The notes beneath the pieces are model-generated. The model had not been told where the DNA came from, ran no database searches, and saw nothing but the letters and a program-made list of their open reading frames with translations. A program made the translations under genes and the position numbers. From Actinomycetes bacterium (GTDB lineage: Bacteria > Actinomycetota > Actinomycetes > Actinomycetales > Microbacteriaceae): a DNA stretch of 64,000 bases. Below are positions 23,702 through 33,955 of this stretch, piece by piece; position 1 is the stretch's first letter; the number at the start of each line of letters is the position of its first letter. Location of the stretch: NCBI GenBank assembly GCA_046565745.1, contig JBKHYA010000002.1:2350-66349 (forward strand), given 5' to 3'.

Positions 23702-25022
23702 CTGCGGGCCTCCTCGTCACCGATCCGCGACCAGCGCGCGGCAGCGGCGCGGCCGAGCGGCGGCGGGCGCGCGGCGGCAGCGGCGCGTCGTGCTCGGCGC
23801 TGCGCCAGTCGTCGGGCAGCAGGTAGTCGAGCACGTCGTCGATCGTGACGAGGCCGACGAGGCGGCGCGTCTCGTCGACGACGGGCAGCGACACGAGGTC
23901 GTAGCTCGCGAGGCGGCGCGAGACCTCGGCGGCCGAGGTGTCGGGCGTCACGGGCTCGATCGACTGGTCGAGCAGAGTGCCGAGGCGCTCGTGCGGCGGG
24001 TAGCGGAGCATCCGCTGGAAGTGCACCATGCCGAGGTACCGACCGGTCGGCGGCTCGTACGGCGGGAGCGTCACGCAGATCGCCGCGCCGATCGCGGGGG
24101 CGAGCTCGTGGCGCCGGATGAGCGCGAGCCCCTCGGCGACGGTCGCATCGGCCGAGACGATGATCGGCTCGGTCGTCATGAGACCGCCCGCGGTGTCGGC
24201 GTCGTACGAGAGCAGGAAGCGGACGTCCTCCGCCTCGTCCGGGTCCATGAGCTCGAGCAGGTGCTCGCCGCGCGTCGTCGGCAGCTGCGCGATGAGGTCG
24301 GCCGCGTCGTCCGGCTCCATGTTGTCGAGCACGTCCGCCGCGCGGTCGTCGTCGAGCTGGGAGAGGATCCGCACCTGGTCCGACTCGGGCATCTCCTCGA
24401 GCGCATCGGCGAGGCGGTCGTCGGGAAGCTCCTCCGCGACCTCCATGCGCCGCTCCTCCGAGAGCTCGAGGAGGGTGTTGGCGAGGTCGGCGGGGAGGAG
24501 GTCGGTGTACTGGGCGATGAGCTGCTCGGCGCTCTGGCCCTCGGCGCCCGAGGCGCGCTCGGTCACGTCGACCCAGCGCGCGAAGACCGTACCGCCCTTG
24601 GCGAAGGGCGCGGCGACCGGGCGAGGACGGCGCAGGAAGAGCTGGCCGACGGCCCACTCGCCGGGGCCCGACTCCTCGATCGCGACGTCCTCGATGGTCG
24701 CCTCGCCGCTGCCGTCGCGCAGCGAGACGCGGCGACCGATCATCTCGGCGAGCACGCGCACCTCGCCGCCGCGCTGCTCGAAGCGGCGCAGGTTGATGAG
24801 GCCGGTCGTGATGATCTGCCCCGACCCGATGCTCGTCACGCGGCCGATGGAGAGGAACACCCGGCGCCGGCCGGGCACCTCGACCACGAGGCCGACCACG
24901 CGCGGAGCATCCGTGCGCCGGTAGACGACCAGGACGTCGCGGACCTTGCCGACCTTGTCTCCCGCGGGGTCGAAGACGGAGCACCCGCTCAATCGGGCGA
25001 CGAATACTTTCGCGGCGCTCAC
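23691..25022 (-). CDS. MgtE N-terminal/CBS-domain protein with PRC-barrel
   Basis: MEPDDAADL, TAGGLMT, CBS LPVVD..GLVTIDD. Confidence 0.9.
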   Translation of the reverse strand: MSAAKVFVARLSGCSVFDPAGDKVGKVRDVLVVYRRTDAPRVVGLVVEVPGRRRVFLSIGRVTSIGSGQIITTGLINLRRFEQRGGEVRVLAEMIGRRVSLRDGSGEATIEDVAIEESGPGEWAVGQLFLRRPRPVAAPFAKGGTVFARWVDVTERASGAEGQSAEQLIAQYTDLLPADLANTLLELSEERRMEVAEELPDDRLADALEEMPESDQVRILSQLDDDRAADVLDNMEPDDAADLIAQLPTTRGEHLLELMDPDEAEDVRFLLSYDADTAGGLMTTEPIIVSADATVAEGLALIRRHELAPAIGAAICVTLPPYEPPTGRYLGMVHFQRMLRYPPHERLGTLLDQSIEPVTPDTSAAEVSRRLASYDLVSLPVVDETRRLVGLVTIDDVLDYLLPDDWRSAEHDAPLPPRARRRSAAPLPRAGRGSVTRRPADGR

Positions 25023-25058
25023 GCTGAAACCCTACCGTCGGGCTGACACAATGAGCCG

Positions 25059-25640
25059 ATGACGAACAGCAGCCCCTTCGCGCGCCGAACCGCCGCGTCG
25101 CCGGTCGTTCCGCGGGGCGATGTCCTCGGCACCTACGACAGCTACCCCGAGGCGCAGAAGGTCGTGAACCGGCTCGCGCTCGCCGACTTCCCGGTCAAGA
25201 AGCTCTCGATCGTCGGCAACGATCTGAAGACCGTCGAGAAGATCACCGGCAAGCTCACCTACGCCCGCGCGGCGCTCGCCGGGGCCGCGAGCGGCGCCTG
25301 GTTCGGCCTCTTCATCGGCCTGCTGCTGTTCCTGTTCTCGCCGACGGGCGACTTCTCGTTCATCCTCGCCGCAGCGCTCATCGGAGCCGGCTTCGGGCTG
25401 CTCTTCGGGGTCGTCTCGTACGCCCTCAATCGCCGCCGTCGCGACTTCACCGCGACCCACCAGGTGCTCGCGAGCAACTACCAGATCATCATCGAGCCGA
25501 ACCTGGTGGGCCGCGCTCGCATGGTGCTCGCGGGGGGTGCTGATCCGGCGGGAGAGGCTGAGGATCGCGAGGATGCGCGCGCGTCGTCGCCCTCGAACGA
25601 GAGCGAGCGGCCCGCCCCGGGCTCGCCCGGCGAGAACTGA
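25059..25640 (+). CDS. General stress protein (17M-like), membrane-associated
   Basis: YDSYPEAQKVV..DFPV..IVGNDL..GA..GAWFGLF..RRRDF. Confidence 0.85.
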   Translation: MTNSSPFARRTAASPVVPRGDVLGTYDSYPEAQKVVNRLALADFPVKKLSIVGNDLKTVEKITGKLTYARAALAGAASGAWFGLFIGLLLFLFSPTGDFSFILAAALIGAGFGLLFGVVSYALNRRRRDFTATHQVLASNYQIIIEPNLVGRARMVLAGGADPAGEAEDREDARASSPSNESERPAPGSPGEN

Positions 25641-25648
25641 GGCCGGCG

Positions 25649-26110
25649 ATGGCCGAGCAGACCGCCCCCGACGCGCCCGTCATGAACTTCTACACGCGCC
25701 GCTGGGTGCGGCCGGAGGACCTCAACGCCAACGGCACGCTGTTCGGCGGCAGTCTGCTGCGCTGGATCGACGAGGAGGCGGCGATCTACGCGATCCTGCA
25801 GCTCGGCAACGAGCGCGTGGTCACCAAGTACATGTCCGAGATCGACTTCGTGAGCTCGGCGTGGGAAGGCGATCTCATCGAACTCGGTCTCGTCGCGACG
25901 CACTTCGGGCGCACCTCGATGACGATGCGCTGCGAAGTGCGCAACATGATCACGCGCGACAGCATCCTCACCATCAACAAGATCGTGTTCGTCGGCCTCG
26001 ACGAGCACGGATCGCCCCTCGAGCACGGCTACTCGAGCATCACCTACGACCGTGATCGCATTCCGCGGCGTCACGGCTCGCCGATTCCGCAGGCGCGGCC
26101 CGAGCGATGA
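25649..26110 (+). CDS. Acyl-CoA thioesterase (hotdog fold)
   Basis: DLNANGTLFGGSLLRWIDE motif. Confidence 0.9.
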   Translation: MAEQTAPDAPVMNFYTRRWVRPEDLNANGTLFGGSLLRWIDEEAAIYAILQLGNERVVTKYMSEIDFVSSAWEGDLIELGLVATHFGRTSMTMRCEVRNMITRDSILTINKIVFVGLDEHGSPLEHGYSSITYDRDRIPRRHGSPIPQARPER

Positions 26111-26152
26111 GGCGCGACGACTCGGGCTGGCGCGGTGGCAGTGCGCGGGGTA

Positions 26153-26162
26153 TGTTAGGACA
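26153..26162 (-). promoter_or_regulatory. Putative IolR box
   Basis: TGTCCTAACA on minus strand, matching KGWCHTRACA described for Corynebacterium IolR; variants at 27250, 33828, 33894, 40154, 44342. Confidence 0.7.
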
Positions 26163-26224
26163 AACGCACAAACTCTCCCGCTGAGGCCGTGATCGCGGCG
26201 GGCGACTCGATGAGGAGTCCTGCC

Positions 26225-27241
26225 ATGAAGCTCGGCGTCTACACCGCGATCCTGCACGATCGCGACCTGCCCGCGGCTCTCGATGTCATCGCAGGGCTCG
26301 GGCTCGACGGCGCGGAGGTCAACGTCGGGGGGTTCCTGCCCGCGACGCACCTGCCGATCGACGAGGTGATGGCGAGCGATGTCGCGCGCGACGAGTACCT
26401 CGCTCTCTTCGCCGACCGCGGTATCGCGCTGACCGCGCTCAACTGCAACGGCAATCCGCTGCACCCCGACCCCTCGGTGACGCATCGCGCCGACCTCCTC
26501 GCCGCCATTCCGATCGCAGCCCGGCTCGGAGTCGACCGCGTCATCACGATGTCGGGCGCGCCGGCGAATCAGCCGAACGGCCTGCGACCGGCGTGGGTCG
26601 TGAACCCCTGGAACAGCGTCGACCTGGACTCCCTCGATCACCAGTGGAGCGTCGCCGTTCCGTTCTGGCGCGAGGTCGATCGTCTCGCCGCCGACCACGG
26701 CGTCACGGTCGGCATCGAGATGCACCCGCAGAACATCGTCTTCAACCCCTCGACGCTCGTGCGGCTCGTCGAGCAGTCGAGGGCGACGAACGTCGGCGCC
26801 GAGATGGATCCCTCCCACCTCTTCTGGCAGCAGATCGATCCGATCGCCGCTCTCGAGTTCCTCGGCGAGCTCGTCGTGACGGCCGCCGCGAAAGACGTCC
26901 GCATCAACGAGGCGGTGCGCATCCACGGAGTGCTCGACGATCGCTTTCGACGGGTTCCCGCCGAAGACGACCCGCTGCCGCTCGGCGGCGGCTACACGCT
27001 CTGCGAGTGGCCGGAGGACTCGGCGTGGGACTTCGTCGCCGTCGGTCGCGGGCACGACCAGGAGTTCTGGAACCGCTTCGTCGCGACCCTCGCGCGCACG
27101 GCCCCGGGCGTCGACCTCGCCATCGAGCACGAAGACGCCTCGCTCGGGCGCATCGAGGGCCTCGAGGTCGCCGCGGCGACCCTCCGCGCGGCCCTCGACG
27201 CCGTATCGAGCGAGGCCTCCGCGAATCGCGCTGGACAGTGA
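26225..27241 (+). CDS. Sugar-phosphate isomerase/epimerase TIM barrel, probable inosose isomerase
   Basis: LNCNGNPLHP, EMHP, DPSHLFW, AAKD, IEHED metal motifs; iol context. Confidence 0.8.
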   Translation: MKLGVYTAILHDRDLPAALDVIAGLGLDGAEVNVGGFLPATHLPIDEVMASDVARDEYLALFADRGIALTALNCNGNPLHPDPSVTHRADLLAAIPIAARLGVDRVITMSGAPANQPNGLRPAWVVNPWNSVDLDSLDHQWSVAVPFWREVDRLAADHGVTVGIEMHPQNIVFNPSTLVRLVEQSRATNVGAEMDPSHLFWQQIDPIAALEFLGELVVTAAAKDVRINEAVRIHGVLDDRFRRVPAEDDPLPLGGGYTLCEWPEDSAWDFVAVGRGHDQEFWNRFVATLARTAPGVDLAIEHEDASLGRIEGLEVAAATLRAALDAVSSEASANRAGQ

Positions 27242-27259
27242 TGTCCTAATGTCCTAACA
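27242..27259 (+). promoter_or_regulatory. Tandem putative IolR boxes upstream of iolC
   Basis: TGTCCTAA-TGTCCTAACA direct repeat. Confidence 0.72.
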
Positions 27260-27311
27260 TGAATGACATCGACCCGATGCCCCTCCTCCCCGGAAAGCCG
27301 GACACCGCCTC

Positions 27312-28274
27312 ATGATCACTTCCGCGACTCAGCCGCTCGATGTCATCACCATCGGCCGCGTCGGCGTCGATCTCTACCCGTTGCAGATCGGCGTGGGCCT
27401 CGAGCACGTCGAGACGTTCGGCAAGTACCTCGGCGGCAGCGCGACCAACGTCGCGATCGCCGCCGCGCGCCATGGGCGATCGAGCGCCGTCATCACGCGC
27501 GTGGGCGACGACCCCTTCGGTCGCTTCGTGCACCAGGAGCTCCGCAGGCTCGGAGTGAGCGACGAATTCGTCTCGAGCGTGCCCGGCCTGCTGACGCCGG
27601 TCGTGTTCTGCGAGATCTTCCCGCCCGACGACTTCCCGCTGTACTTCTACCGTCGGCCCATCGCTCCCGACCTCGTGATCGAGACGGACGAGCTCGACCT
27701 CGACGCGATCAGCAACGCGCGACTCTACTGGTCGACCGTCACCGGCCTCTCGGCCGAACCCAGTCGCAGCGCGCACCACGCCGCGTGGCGGGCGCGCGGT
27801 CGGCGCGAGCACACGGTGCTCGACCTCGACTACCGACCGATGTTCTGGGCCGACCCGGCGACCGCGCACGCCGAGGTCGAGCGCGCGCTCGAGCACGTCA
27901 CGGTCGCCGTCGGCAATCGCGAGGAGTGCGAGGTGGCGGTCGGCGAGACCGATCCCGTGCGAGCGGCGGATGCCCTCCTCGAGCGCGGCGTCGAGCTCGC
28001 GATCGTCAAGCAGGGGCCGAAGGGTGTGCTCGCCAAGACGCGCGACGAACTGGTCGAGGTGCCGCCCCACCCCGTCGAGGTCGTCAACGGCCTCGGTGCC
28101 GGCGACGGATTCGGCGGCGCCCTCGTGCACGGGCTGCTCGAAGGCTGGGCGCTCGAGCGCGTGCTGCGCTTCGCGAACGCGGCCGGGGCGATCGTCGCCG
28201 GCCGGCTGGAGTGCTCGACGGCCATGCCCACGACGGCCGAGGTCGAGGCCGTTCTGACCCGGTCGACCCGATGA
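27312..28274 (+). CDS. iolC: 5-dehydro-2-deoxygluconokinase
   Basis: GRVGVDLYP, GGSATNVA, EIFPPDDFPLYFYR, DLDYRP, GLGAGDGF (PfkB). Confidence 0.95.
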   Translation: MITSATQPLDVITIGRVGVDLYPLQIGVGLEHVETFGKYLGGSATNVAIAAARHGRSSAVITRVGDDPFGRFVHQELRRLGVSDEFVSSVPGLLTPVVFCEIFPPDDFPLYFYRRPIAPDLVIETDELDLDAISNARLYWSTVTGLSAEPSRSAHHAAWRARGRREHTVLDLDYRPMFWADPATAHAEVERALEHVTVAVGNREECEVAVGETDPVRAADALLERGVELAIVKQGPKGVLAKTRDELVEVPPHPVEVVNGLGAGDGFGGALVHGLLEGWALERVLRFANAAGAIVAGRLECSTAMPTTAEVEAVLTRSTR

Positions 28275-29191
28275 CCTCGCCCACGATCCGACCGGAGAAC
28301 GTCGTGACGAACCGCATCGAGCTCGATTTCGACGCACTCCGCACCGCGCGAGCCCGCACGCCCGAGGCGATCTCAGAGCGACTCGCGTCGCGCGAGCGCC
28401 GCGAGCTGCTGCTCGGCGACGGCCGGCTGTTCATCGTCGCGGCCGATCACCCCGCGCGCGGAGCGCTGGGCGTCGGCGCCGATCCGGCGGCGATGGCCGA
28501 TCGCTACGAGTTGCTGCGTCGTCTCGCGACGGCGCTCTCGCGACCGGGGGTCGACGGCGTGCTCGGCACGCCCGACATCATCGACGACCTCGCCCTCCTC
28601 GGCCTGCTCGAGGGCAAGATCGTCGTCGGCTCGATGAACCGCGGCGGACTGCGCGGTTCCAGCTTCGAGATGGACGACCGGTACACCGCCTACGACATCG
28701 AGCGCATCGTGCGCGACCGGCTCGACTTCGCCAAGAACCTCCTGCGCATCAATCTCACCGACCCCGGCTCGAGTGCGACGCTCGAGGCGACCGCGCACGC
28801 GGTGAGCCGCGCGGCCGAAGCACGCGTCCCGATCATGATCGAGCCCTTCATGAGCGAGTGGATCGACGGGCGCGTGCGCAACGACCTCTCGACCGAGGCC
28901 GTCATCCTCTCGATCGCGATCGCGTCGGGGCTTGGCACCTCGAGCGCCTATTCGTGGCTCAAGCTCCCCGTCGTCCCCGACATGCATCGCGTCATGGCGG
29001 CGACGACGCTGCCGACTCTGCTGCTCGGCGGAGAGGTCTCCGACGATCAGGACGAGGCCTTCGAGAGCTGGTCGAACGCGCTCAGCCTGCCGAACGTGCG
29101 CGGCCTCGTCGTCGGTCGCAGTCTGCTCTACCCCGCCGATGGCGATGTCGTCGCCGCCGTCGACACGGCCGCCGCACTCGTGCACGGCTGA
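28271..29191 (+). CDS. Cgl0159-family class I aldolase-like TIM barrel (candidate IolJ substitute)
   Basis: AADHPARG, GSMNRGG, FEMDD, WLKLP, LLLGG, VVGR; alternative GTG start at 28304. Confidence 0.82.
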   Translation: MTSPTIRPENVVTNRIELDFDALRTARARTPEAISERLASRERRELLLGDGRLFIVAADHPARGALGVGADPAAMADRYELLRRLATALSRPGVDGVLGTPDIIDDLALLGLLEGKIVVGSMNRGGLRGSSFEMDDRYTAYDIERIVRDRLDFAKNLLRINLTDPGSSATLEATAHAVSRAAEARVPIMIEPFMSEWIDGRVRNDLSTEAVILSIAIASGLGTSSAYSWLKLPVVPDMHRVMAATTLPTLLLGGEVSDDQDEAFESWSNALSLPNVRGLVVGRSLLYPADGDVVAAVDTAAALVHG

Positions 29192-29231
29192 CCCGTCCTC
29201 CCACGCCCACCTGCCACGAAAGTAGAGACCG

Positions 29232-30728
29232 ATGTCGAGCATCCCCGTCGTCCCGCACTGGATCGATGGTGCCGAGTTCCCCGGCGCCTCCGGCCGCACC
29301 GCTCCCGTCTTCGACCCCGCGCTCGGCATCGAGACCAAGCGCGTCGCGCTCGCCGACGAGAGCGAGGTCGCCCGCGCCGTCGCCTCCGCGTCTGCGGCCT
29401 TCCCCGCCTGGAGCGCGCTCTCGCTCGCCAAGCGTCAGGCCGTGCTCTTCTCGTTCCGCGAGCTGCTCAACGCTCGCAAGGGAGAGCTCGCCGAGATCAT
29501 CACCGCCGAGCACGGCAAGGTGCTCAGCGATGCCCTCGGCGAGATCACGCGCGGCCAGGAGGTCGTCGAGGTCGCCACGGGGATCCCGCAGCTCATGAAG
29601 GGCGAGTACAGCGAGAACGTCTCGACCGGGGTCGATGTCTACTCCATCCGTCAGCCGATCGGCGTCGTCGGCGTCATCAGCCCCTTCAATTTTCCCGCGA
29701 TGGTGCCGATGTGGTTCTTCCCGCTCGCCCTCGCATCAGGCAACACGGTCATCCTCAAGCCGAGCGAGAAAGACCCGAGCGCCGCGATCTGGATGGCCAA
29801 GCTACTCAAGGAGGCCGGGCTGCCCGACGGCGTGTTCACGGTGCTGCAAGGCGACAAGGTCGCCGTCGACGGCCTGCTGACCCACCCCGATGTCGCCTCG
29901 ATCAGCTTCGTCGGCTCGACGCCGATCGCGCGGTACGTGTACGAGACCGGGGCGCAGCACGGCAAGCGCGTGCAGGCCCTCGGCGGGGCGAAGAACCACA
30001 TGCTCGTGCTGCCCGACGCCGACCTCGACCTCGTCGCCGACTCGGCGATCAATGCGGGCTTCGGCTCGGCCGGCGAACGGTGCATGGCGATCAGCGTCGT
30101 CGTCGCCGTCGAGCCCATCGCCGACGACCTCGTGGCGAAGATCAGCGAGCGCATGGCGACGCTCACGGTCGGCGACGGCCGCCGCAACTGCGACATGGGC
30201 CCGCTCGTGACGAAGGAGCACCGCGACAAGGTCGCCGGGTACCTCGACATCGCCGAGGCCGACGGCGCGAGCGTCGTCGTCGACGGTCGCGGCATCGAGG
30301 TCGACGGCGACGCCAACGGCTTCTGGCTCGGCCCGACCCTCGTCGACAAGGTGCCGACGAGCTCGCGGGTCTACACCGAAGAGATCTTCGGCCCCGTGCT
30401 CTCGGTCGTGCGCGTGCACTCGTACGCCGAGGGCGTCGAGCTCATCAACTCGAGCGAGTTCGGCAACGGCACGGCGATCTTCACCAACGACGGGGGAGCG
30501 GCCCGCCGCTTCCAGAACGAGGTGCAGGTCGGCATGATCGGCATCAACGTGCCGATCCCCGTGCCCGTCGCCTACTACTCCTTCGGCGGCTGGAAGCACT
30601 CGCTCTTCGGCGACACCAAGGCGCACGGGGCGGCGGGAGTACGCTTCTTCACTCGGGAGAAGGCCGTGACCTCTCGCTGGCTCGACCCGAGCCACGGCGG
30701 CATCAACCTGGGCTTCCCGCAGAACTGA
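29232..30728 (+). CDS. iolA: CoA-acylating (methyl)malonate-semialdehyde dehydrogenase
   Basis: PFNFPAM, KPSE, FVGST, GGAKNH, AGERCMA, EIFGP, INVPIPVP. Confidence 0.95.
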   Translation: MSSIPVVPHWIDGAEFPGASGRTAPVFDPALGIETKRVALADESEVARAVASASAAFPAWSALSLAKRQAVLFSFRELLNARKGELAEIITAEHGKVLSDALGEITRGQEVVEVATGIPQLMKGEYSENVSTGVDVYSIRQPIGVVGVISPFNFPAMVPMWFFPLALASGNTVILKPSEKDPSAAIWMAKLLKEAGLPDGVFTVLQGDKVAVDGLLTHPDVASISFVGSTPIARYVYETGAQHGKRVQALGGAKNHMLVLPDADLDLVADSAINAGFGSAGERCMAISVVVAVEPIADDLVAKISERMATLTVGDGRRNCDMGPLVTKEHRDKVAGYLDIAEADGASVVVDGRGIEVDGDANGFWLGPTLVDKVPTSSRVYTEEIFGPVLSVVRVHSYAEGVELINSSEFGNGTAIFTNDGGAARRFQNEVQVGMIGINVPIPVPVAYYSFGGWKHSLFGDTKAHGAAGVRFFTREKAVTSRWLDPSHGGINLGFPQN

Positions 30729-30735
30729 GCGCACC

Positions 30736-31698
30736 ATGATCCGTCCCTCCTCCGACACCGCGCTGCCGAACGCCTGGCTGCGTCCGCGGGGCACCCTCGC
30801 GCGCGCCCCCTGGGAATCGGTCGTGGATGCCCGCCTCGACGGCTGGCGGCACACGGGCCTGCGCGTCGCCGAGGTCTCCGATGCGCCGCTGACGCTGCCC
30901 GCGGCCGACATCGAGCGCATCATCGTGCCGCTCGCGGGCTCGTTCAGCGTCGAGTATCAGAGCGAGGGCGAGCGCCTCCCGCACGTGCAGGCGCTCGCCG
31001 GGCGGGCATCCGTCTTCGACGGGCCGACCGATGTGCTCTACCTGCCGATCGGAACGTCGGCGGCGATCAGCGGAACGGGACGGGTCGCGGTCGCGGAGGC
31101 TCCGGCGACGGCGTGGCACCCCGTGCGGCACATCGCCGCCACCGAGGTGCCCGTCGAGCTGCGCGGCGCCGGCCGGGCCACTCGCCAGGTGCACAACTTC
31201 GGTGTGCCCGGCGTGCTCGATGCCGACCGCCTCATCGTGTGCGAGGTCATCACCCCGAGCGAGAACTGGTCGAGCTACCCGCCGCACAAGCACGACGAGC
31301 CCATAGAGGGAGTCGAGAGCGAGCTGGAAGAGATCTACTATTTCGAGACGGCCGTGACGCGCGGCGCCCCCGCGGGAGTCGCGGCCGCCGCGGATCCCCT
31401 CGGATACGTGCGCACCTACGCCTCCGAAGCCGGCGCGATCGACACTCTCGCCGAAGTGCGCTCGGGCGACGTCGCGCTCGTGCCGCACGGCTGGCACGGC
31501 CCGTGCATGGCGGCACCCGGCTACGACCTGTACTACTTGAACGTCATGGCCGGCCCCGGCGACGAGCGCGCCTGGCTCATCACCGACGACCCTGCGCACG
31601 CATGGGTGCGCTCGACGTGGGTCGATCAGACCACCGACTCGCGCCTGCCCTATCTCACCCCCGCCGAAGCGGACCGACCGGAGGACGCCCCCTCATGA
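30736..31698 (+). CDS. iolB: 5-deoxy-glucuronate isomerase
   Basis: NWSSYPPHKHD, LEEIYYF, GYDLYYLNVMAG. Confidence 0.96.
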   Translation: MIRPSSDTALPNAWLRPRGTLARAPWESVVDARLDGWRHTGLRVAEVSDAPLTLPAADIERIIVPLAGSFSVEYQSEGERLPHVQALAGRASVFDGPTDVLYLPIGTSAAISGTGRVAVAEAPATAWHPVRHIAATEVPVELRGAGRATRQVHNFGVPGVLDADRLIVCEVITPSENWSSYPPHKHDEPIEGVESELEEIYYFETAVTRGAPAGVAAAADPLGYVRTYASEAGAIDTLAEVRSGDVALVPHGWHGPCMAAPGYDLYYLNVMAGPGDERAWLITDDPAHAWVRSTWVDQTTDSRLPYLTPAEADRPEDAPS

Positions 31699-33593
31699 CC
31701 ACTCGCCGCATGACCGTCAGCCAGGCGCTCATCGAGTTCCTCGCCAATCAGTGGACCGTCGATGGCGACCACCGCGAGCGCACCATCCCGGGCGTCTTCG
31801 GCATCTTCGGCCACGGCAACGTCGCCGGCATCGGGCAGGCCCTCAAGCAGGTCAACGCCACGCAGCCCGACCTCATGCCGTACTACCAGGCTCGCAACGA
31901 GCAGGCGATGGTGCACCAGTCGGTGGGCTACGCCCGCATGCACCGCCGCCTCGGCACGTTCGCGAGCGCCGCCTCGGTGGGCCCGGGTGCGACCAACATG
32001 CTCACGGGCGCCGCCCTCGCGACGACCAACCGCCTGCCCGCGCTGCTGCTGCCGAGCGACACGTTCGCCACTCGCGTGGCCGACCCTGTGCTGCAGCAGC
32101 TCGAGATGCCGCACGACATCGGCCTCACCGTCAACGATGCCTTCCGCCCGCTGTCGCGCTTCTTCGACCGCGTGCAGCGCCCCGAGCAGCTCTACTCGAT
32201 CGCGCTCAGCGCGATGCGCGTGCTGCTCGACCCGGCCGAGACCGGCGCCGTCACGATCGCCCTGCCGGAGGACGTGCAGGCAGAGGCGATGGATGTTCCC
32301 GTTGAGTTCCTCGCACCGCGCGAGTGGCACCTCCGTCGGCCGCTGCCCGAGCGCGCCCCGCTCGCCCGCGCGCTCGAGGCCATCCGCGGTGCGAAGCGCC
32401 CCATGATCATCGCTGGCGGCGGGGTGCTCTACTCGGCGGCCGAGGAGCAGCTGCGTCGCTTCGTCGAGCTCACCGGCATCCCCGTCGGCACGAGCCAGGC
32501 CGGCGGCGGGGTTCTCACGTGGGATCACCCGCAGAATCTCGGGGGAGTGGGCGCGACGGGCACTCTCGCCGCCAACCGCCGGGCGGCCGAGGCCGACGTC
32601 ATCATCGGCATCGGCACGCGCTACAGCGACTTCACGACGGCGAGCCGCACCGCCTTCCAGAACCCCGACGTTACCTTCGTCAACATCAACGTCGCGGCGT
32701 TCGACGCCTACAAGCACGGCACGCAGGTCGCCGTGATCGCGGATGCCCGCGAGGCGCTCGACGCGCTGCTGGCCGAATTCGCGGGCTTCCGCATCGACGA
32801 CGCCGACGCCCAGGCGATCGCCGCGTCGAAAGCGGAATGGGATGCCCTGGTCGACGAGGCCTTCGCCCCGACGGGCAGCCCGCTGCCCGGCCAGCCCGAG
32901 ATCATCGGCGCCGTGCAGGCGGCCTCCGACCCGAGCGACGTCATCGTCCAGGCCGCGGGCTCGCTCCCCGGCGATCTGCACAAGCTGTGGCGCGTGCGCG
33001 ACGCTCTCGGCTACCACGTCGAGTACGCGTTCTCGTGCATGGGCTACGAGATCGCCGGCGGCATGGGCGTGCGCCGCGGAGCACCCGACCGCGACGTCAT
33101 CGTCATGGTCGGCGACGGCTCGTACCTCATGCTCAACTCCGAGCTCGTCACGGCCGTGGCCGAAGGCATCAAGATCATCGTCGTGCTCATCCAGAACCAC
33201 GGCTACGCCTCGATCGGCCATCTCTCCGAGACGGTCGGCTCCGAGCGCTTCGGCACCTGGTACCGCGCGTACGACCCCGAGCAGCGCAACTTCCAGGGCG
33301 AAAAGGTGCTGCCCGTCGACCTCGCGGCGAACGCCCGCAGCTACGGTCTCGACGTCATCGAGATCGAGCCGCGCGAGGACGCGATCGAGCAGTTGCGCGC
33401 CGCGATGGCGACCGCCAAGGCGTCCGAGAAGACCACGGTCATCCACATCAACAGCGACCCGCTCGTCTACGCGCCCGACGGCGAGGGCTGGTGGGATGTT
33501 CCCGTCGCGGAGGTCTCGACCCTCGCGAGCACGCAGCAGGCCCTCACCGACTACCTCGAGCAGCGGGCCCGCCAGCGCCCCCTGCTCGGCTGA
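31695..33593 (+). CDS. iolD: 3D-(3,5/4)-trihydroxycyclohexane-1,2-dione hydrolase
   Basis: IFGHGNVAG, RNEQAM, SVGPGATN, EYAFSCMGYE, GDGSYLM, WWDVPV. Confidence 0.97.
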   Translation: MTTRRMTVSQALIEFLANQWTVDGDHRERTIPGVFGIFGHGNVAGIGQALKQVNATQPDLMPYYQARNEQAMVHQSVGYARMHRRLGTFASAASVGPGATNMLTGAALATTNRLPALLLPSDTFATRVADPVLQQLEMPHDIGLTVNDAFRPLSRFFDRVQRPEQLYSIALSAMRVLLDPAETGAVTIALPEDVQAEAMDVPVEFLAPREWHLRRPLPERAPLARALEAIRGAKRPMIIAGGGVLYSAAEEQLRRFVELTGIPVGTSQAGGGVLTWDHPQNLGGVGATGTLAANRRAAEADVIIGIGTRYSDFTTASRTAFQNPDVTFVNINVAAFDAYKHGTQVAVIADAREALDALLAEFAGFRIDDADAQAIAASKAEWDALVDEAFAPTGSPLPGQPEIIGAVQAASDPSDVIVQAAGSLPGDLHKLWRVRDALGYHVEYAFSCMGYEIAGGMGVRRGAPDRDVIVMVGDGSYLMLNSELVTAVAEGIKIIVVLIQNHGYASIGHLSETVGSERFGTWYRAYDPEQRNFQGEKVLPVDLAANARSYGLDVIEIEPREDAIEQLRAAMATAKASEKTTVIHINSDPLVYAPDGEGWWDVPVAEVSTLASTQQALTDYLEQRARQRPLLG

Positions 33594-33596
33594 TAT

Positions 33597-33806
33597 CTAG
33601 GGGGATTCAGGATCGCGCGGCGTACGGCGCAGGCCGAGACGTCGAGGGATCTCGACTTCGTTCTCTAGACGAGCGCCCGACGGGATCACCCCATCTCGGA
33701 TCGCGGTTTCGAGCCTGCTCGACACTTGGAAGTAGGGCGGGATCGGCCCGGTGCGGTCGCGATCGTCGAATAGCTCGCTCGGCACGAGGATCTCGTGGTC
33801 AAGCAC
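33597..33806 (-). pseudogene. Truncated GntR/IolR regulator (partial HTH only)
   Basis: DRTGPIPPYFQVSSRLETAIRDG..GARLENE aligns with N-terminus of the intact GntR at 43534-44322, then breaks off. Confidence 0.85.
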
Positions 33807-33867
33807 TGAGGGTTCTGTCCCTTGTCATGTCCCGACAACCTAACCCGCAGACGACTTTGTCGCCGCT

Positions 33868-33903
33868 TTGGCACTCCCTTCTACATGTGCTATTGTGAGG
33901 ACA
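33868..33903 (+). promoter_or_regulatory. SigA-like promoter with overlapping IolR-like box
   Basis: TTGGCA-17nt-TATTGT; TGTGAGGACA at 33894-33903; second box TGTCCCGACA at 33828. Confidence 0.6.
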
Positions 33904-33955
33904 TGCGGGCATCAATCGCTTAGCTCCCACGTCCCAGGAAGTTGTACGACGGCGT

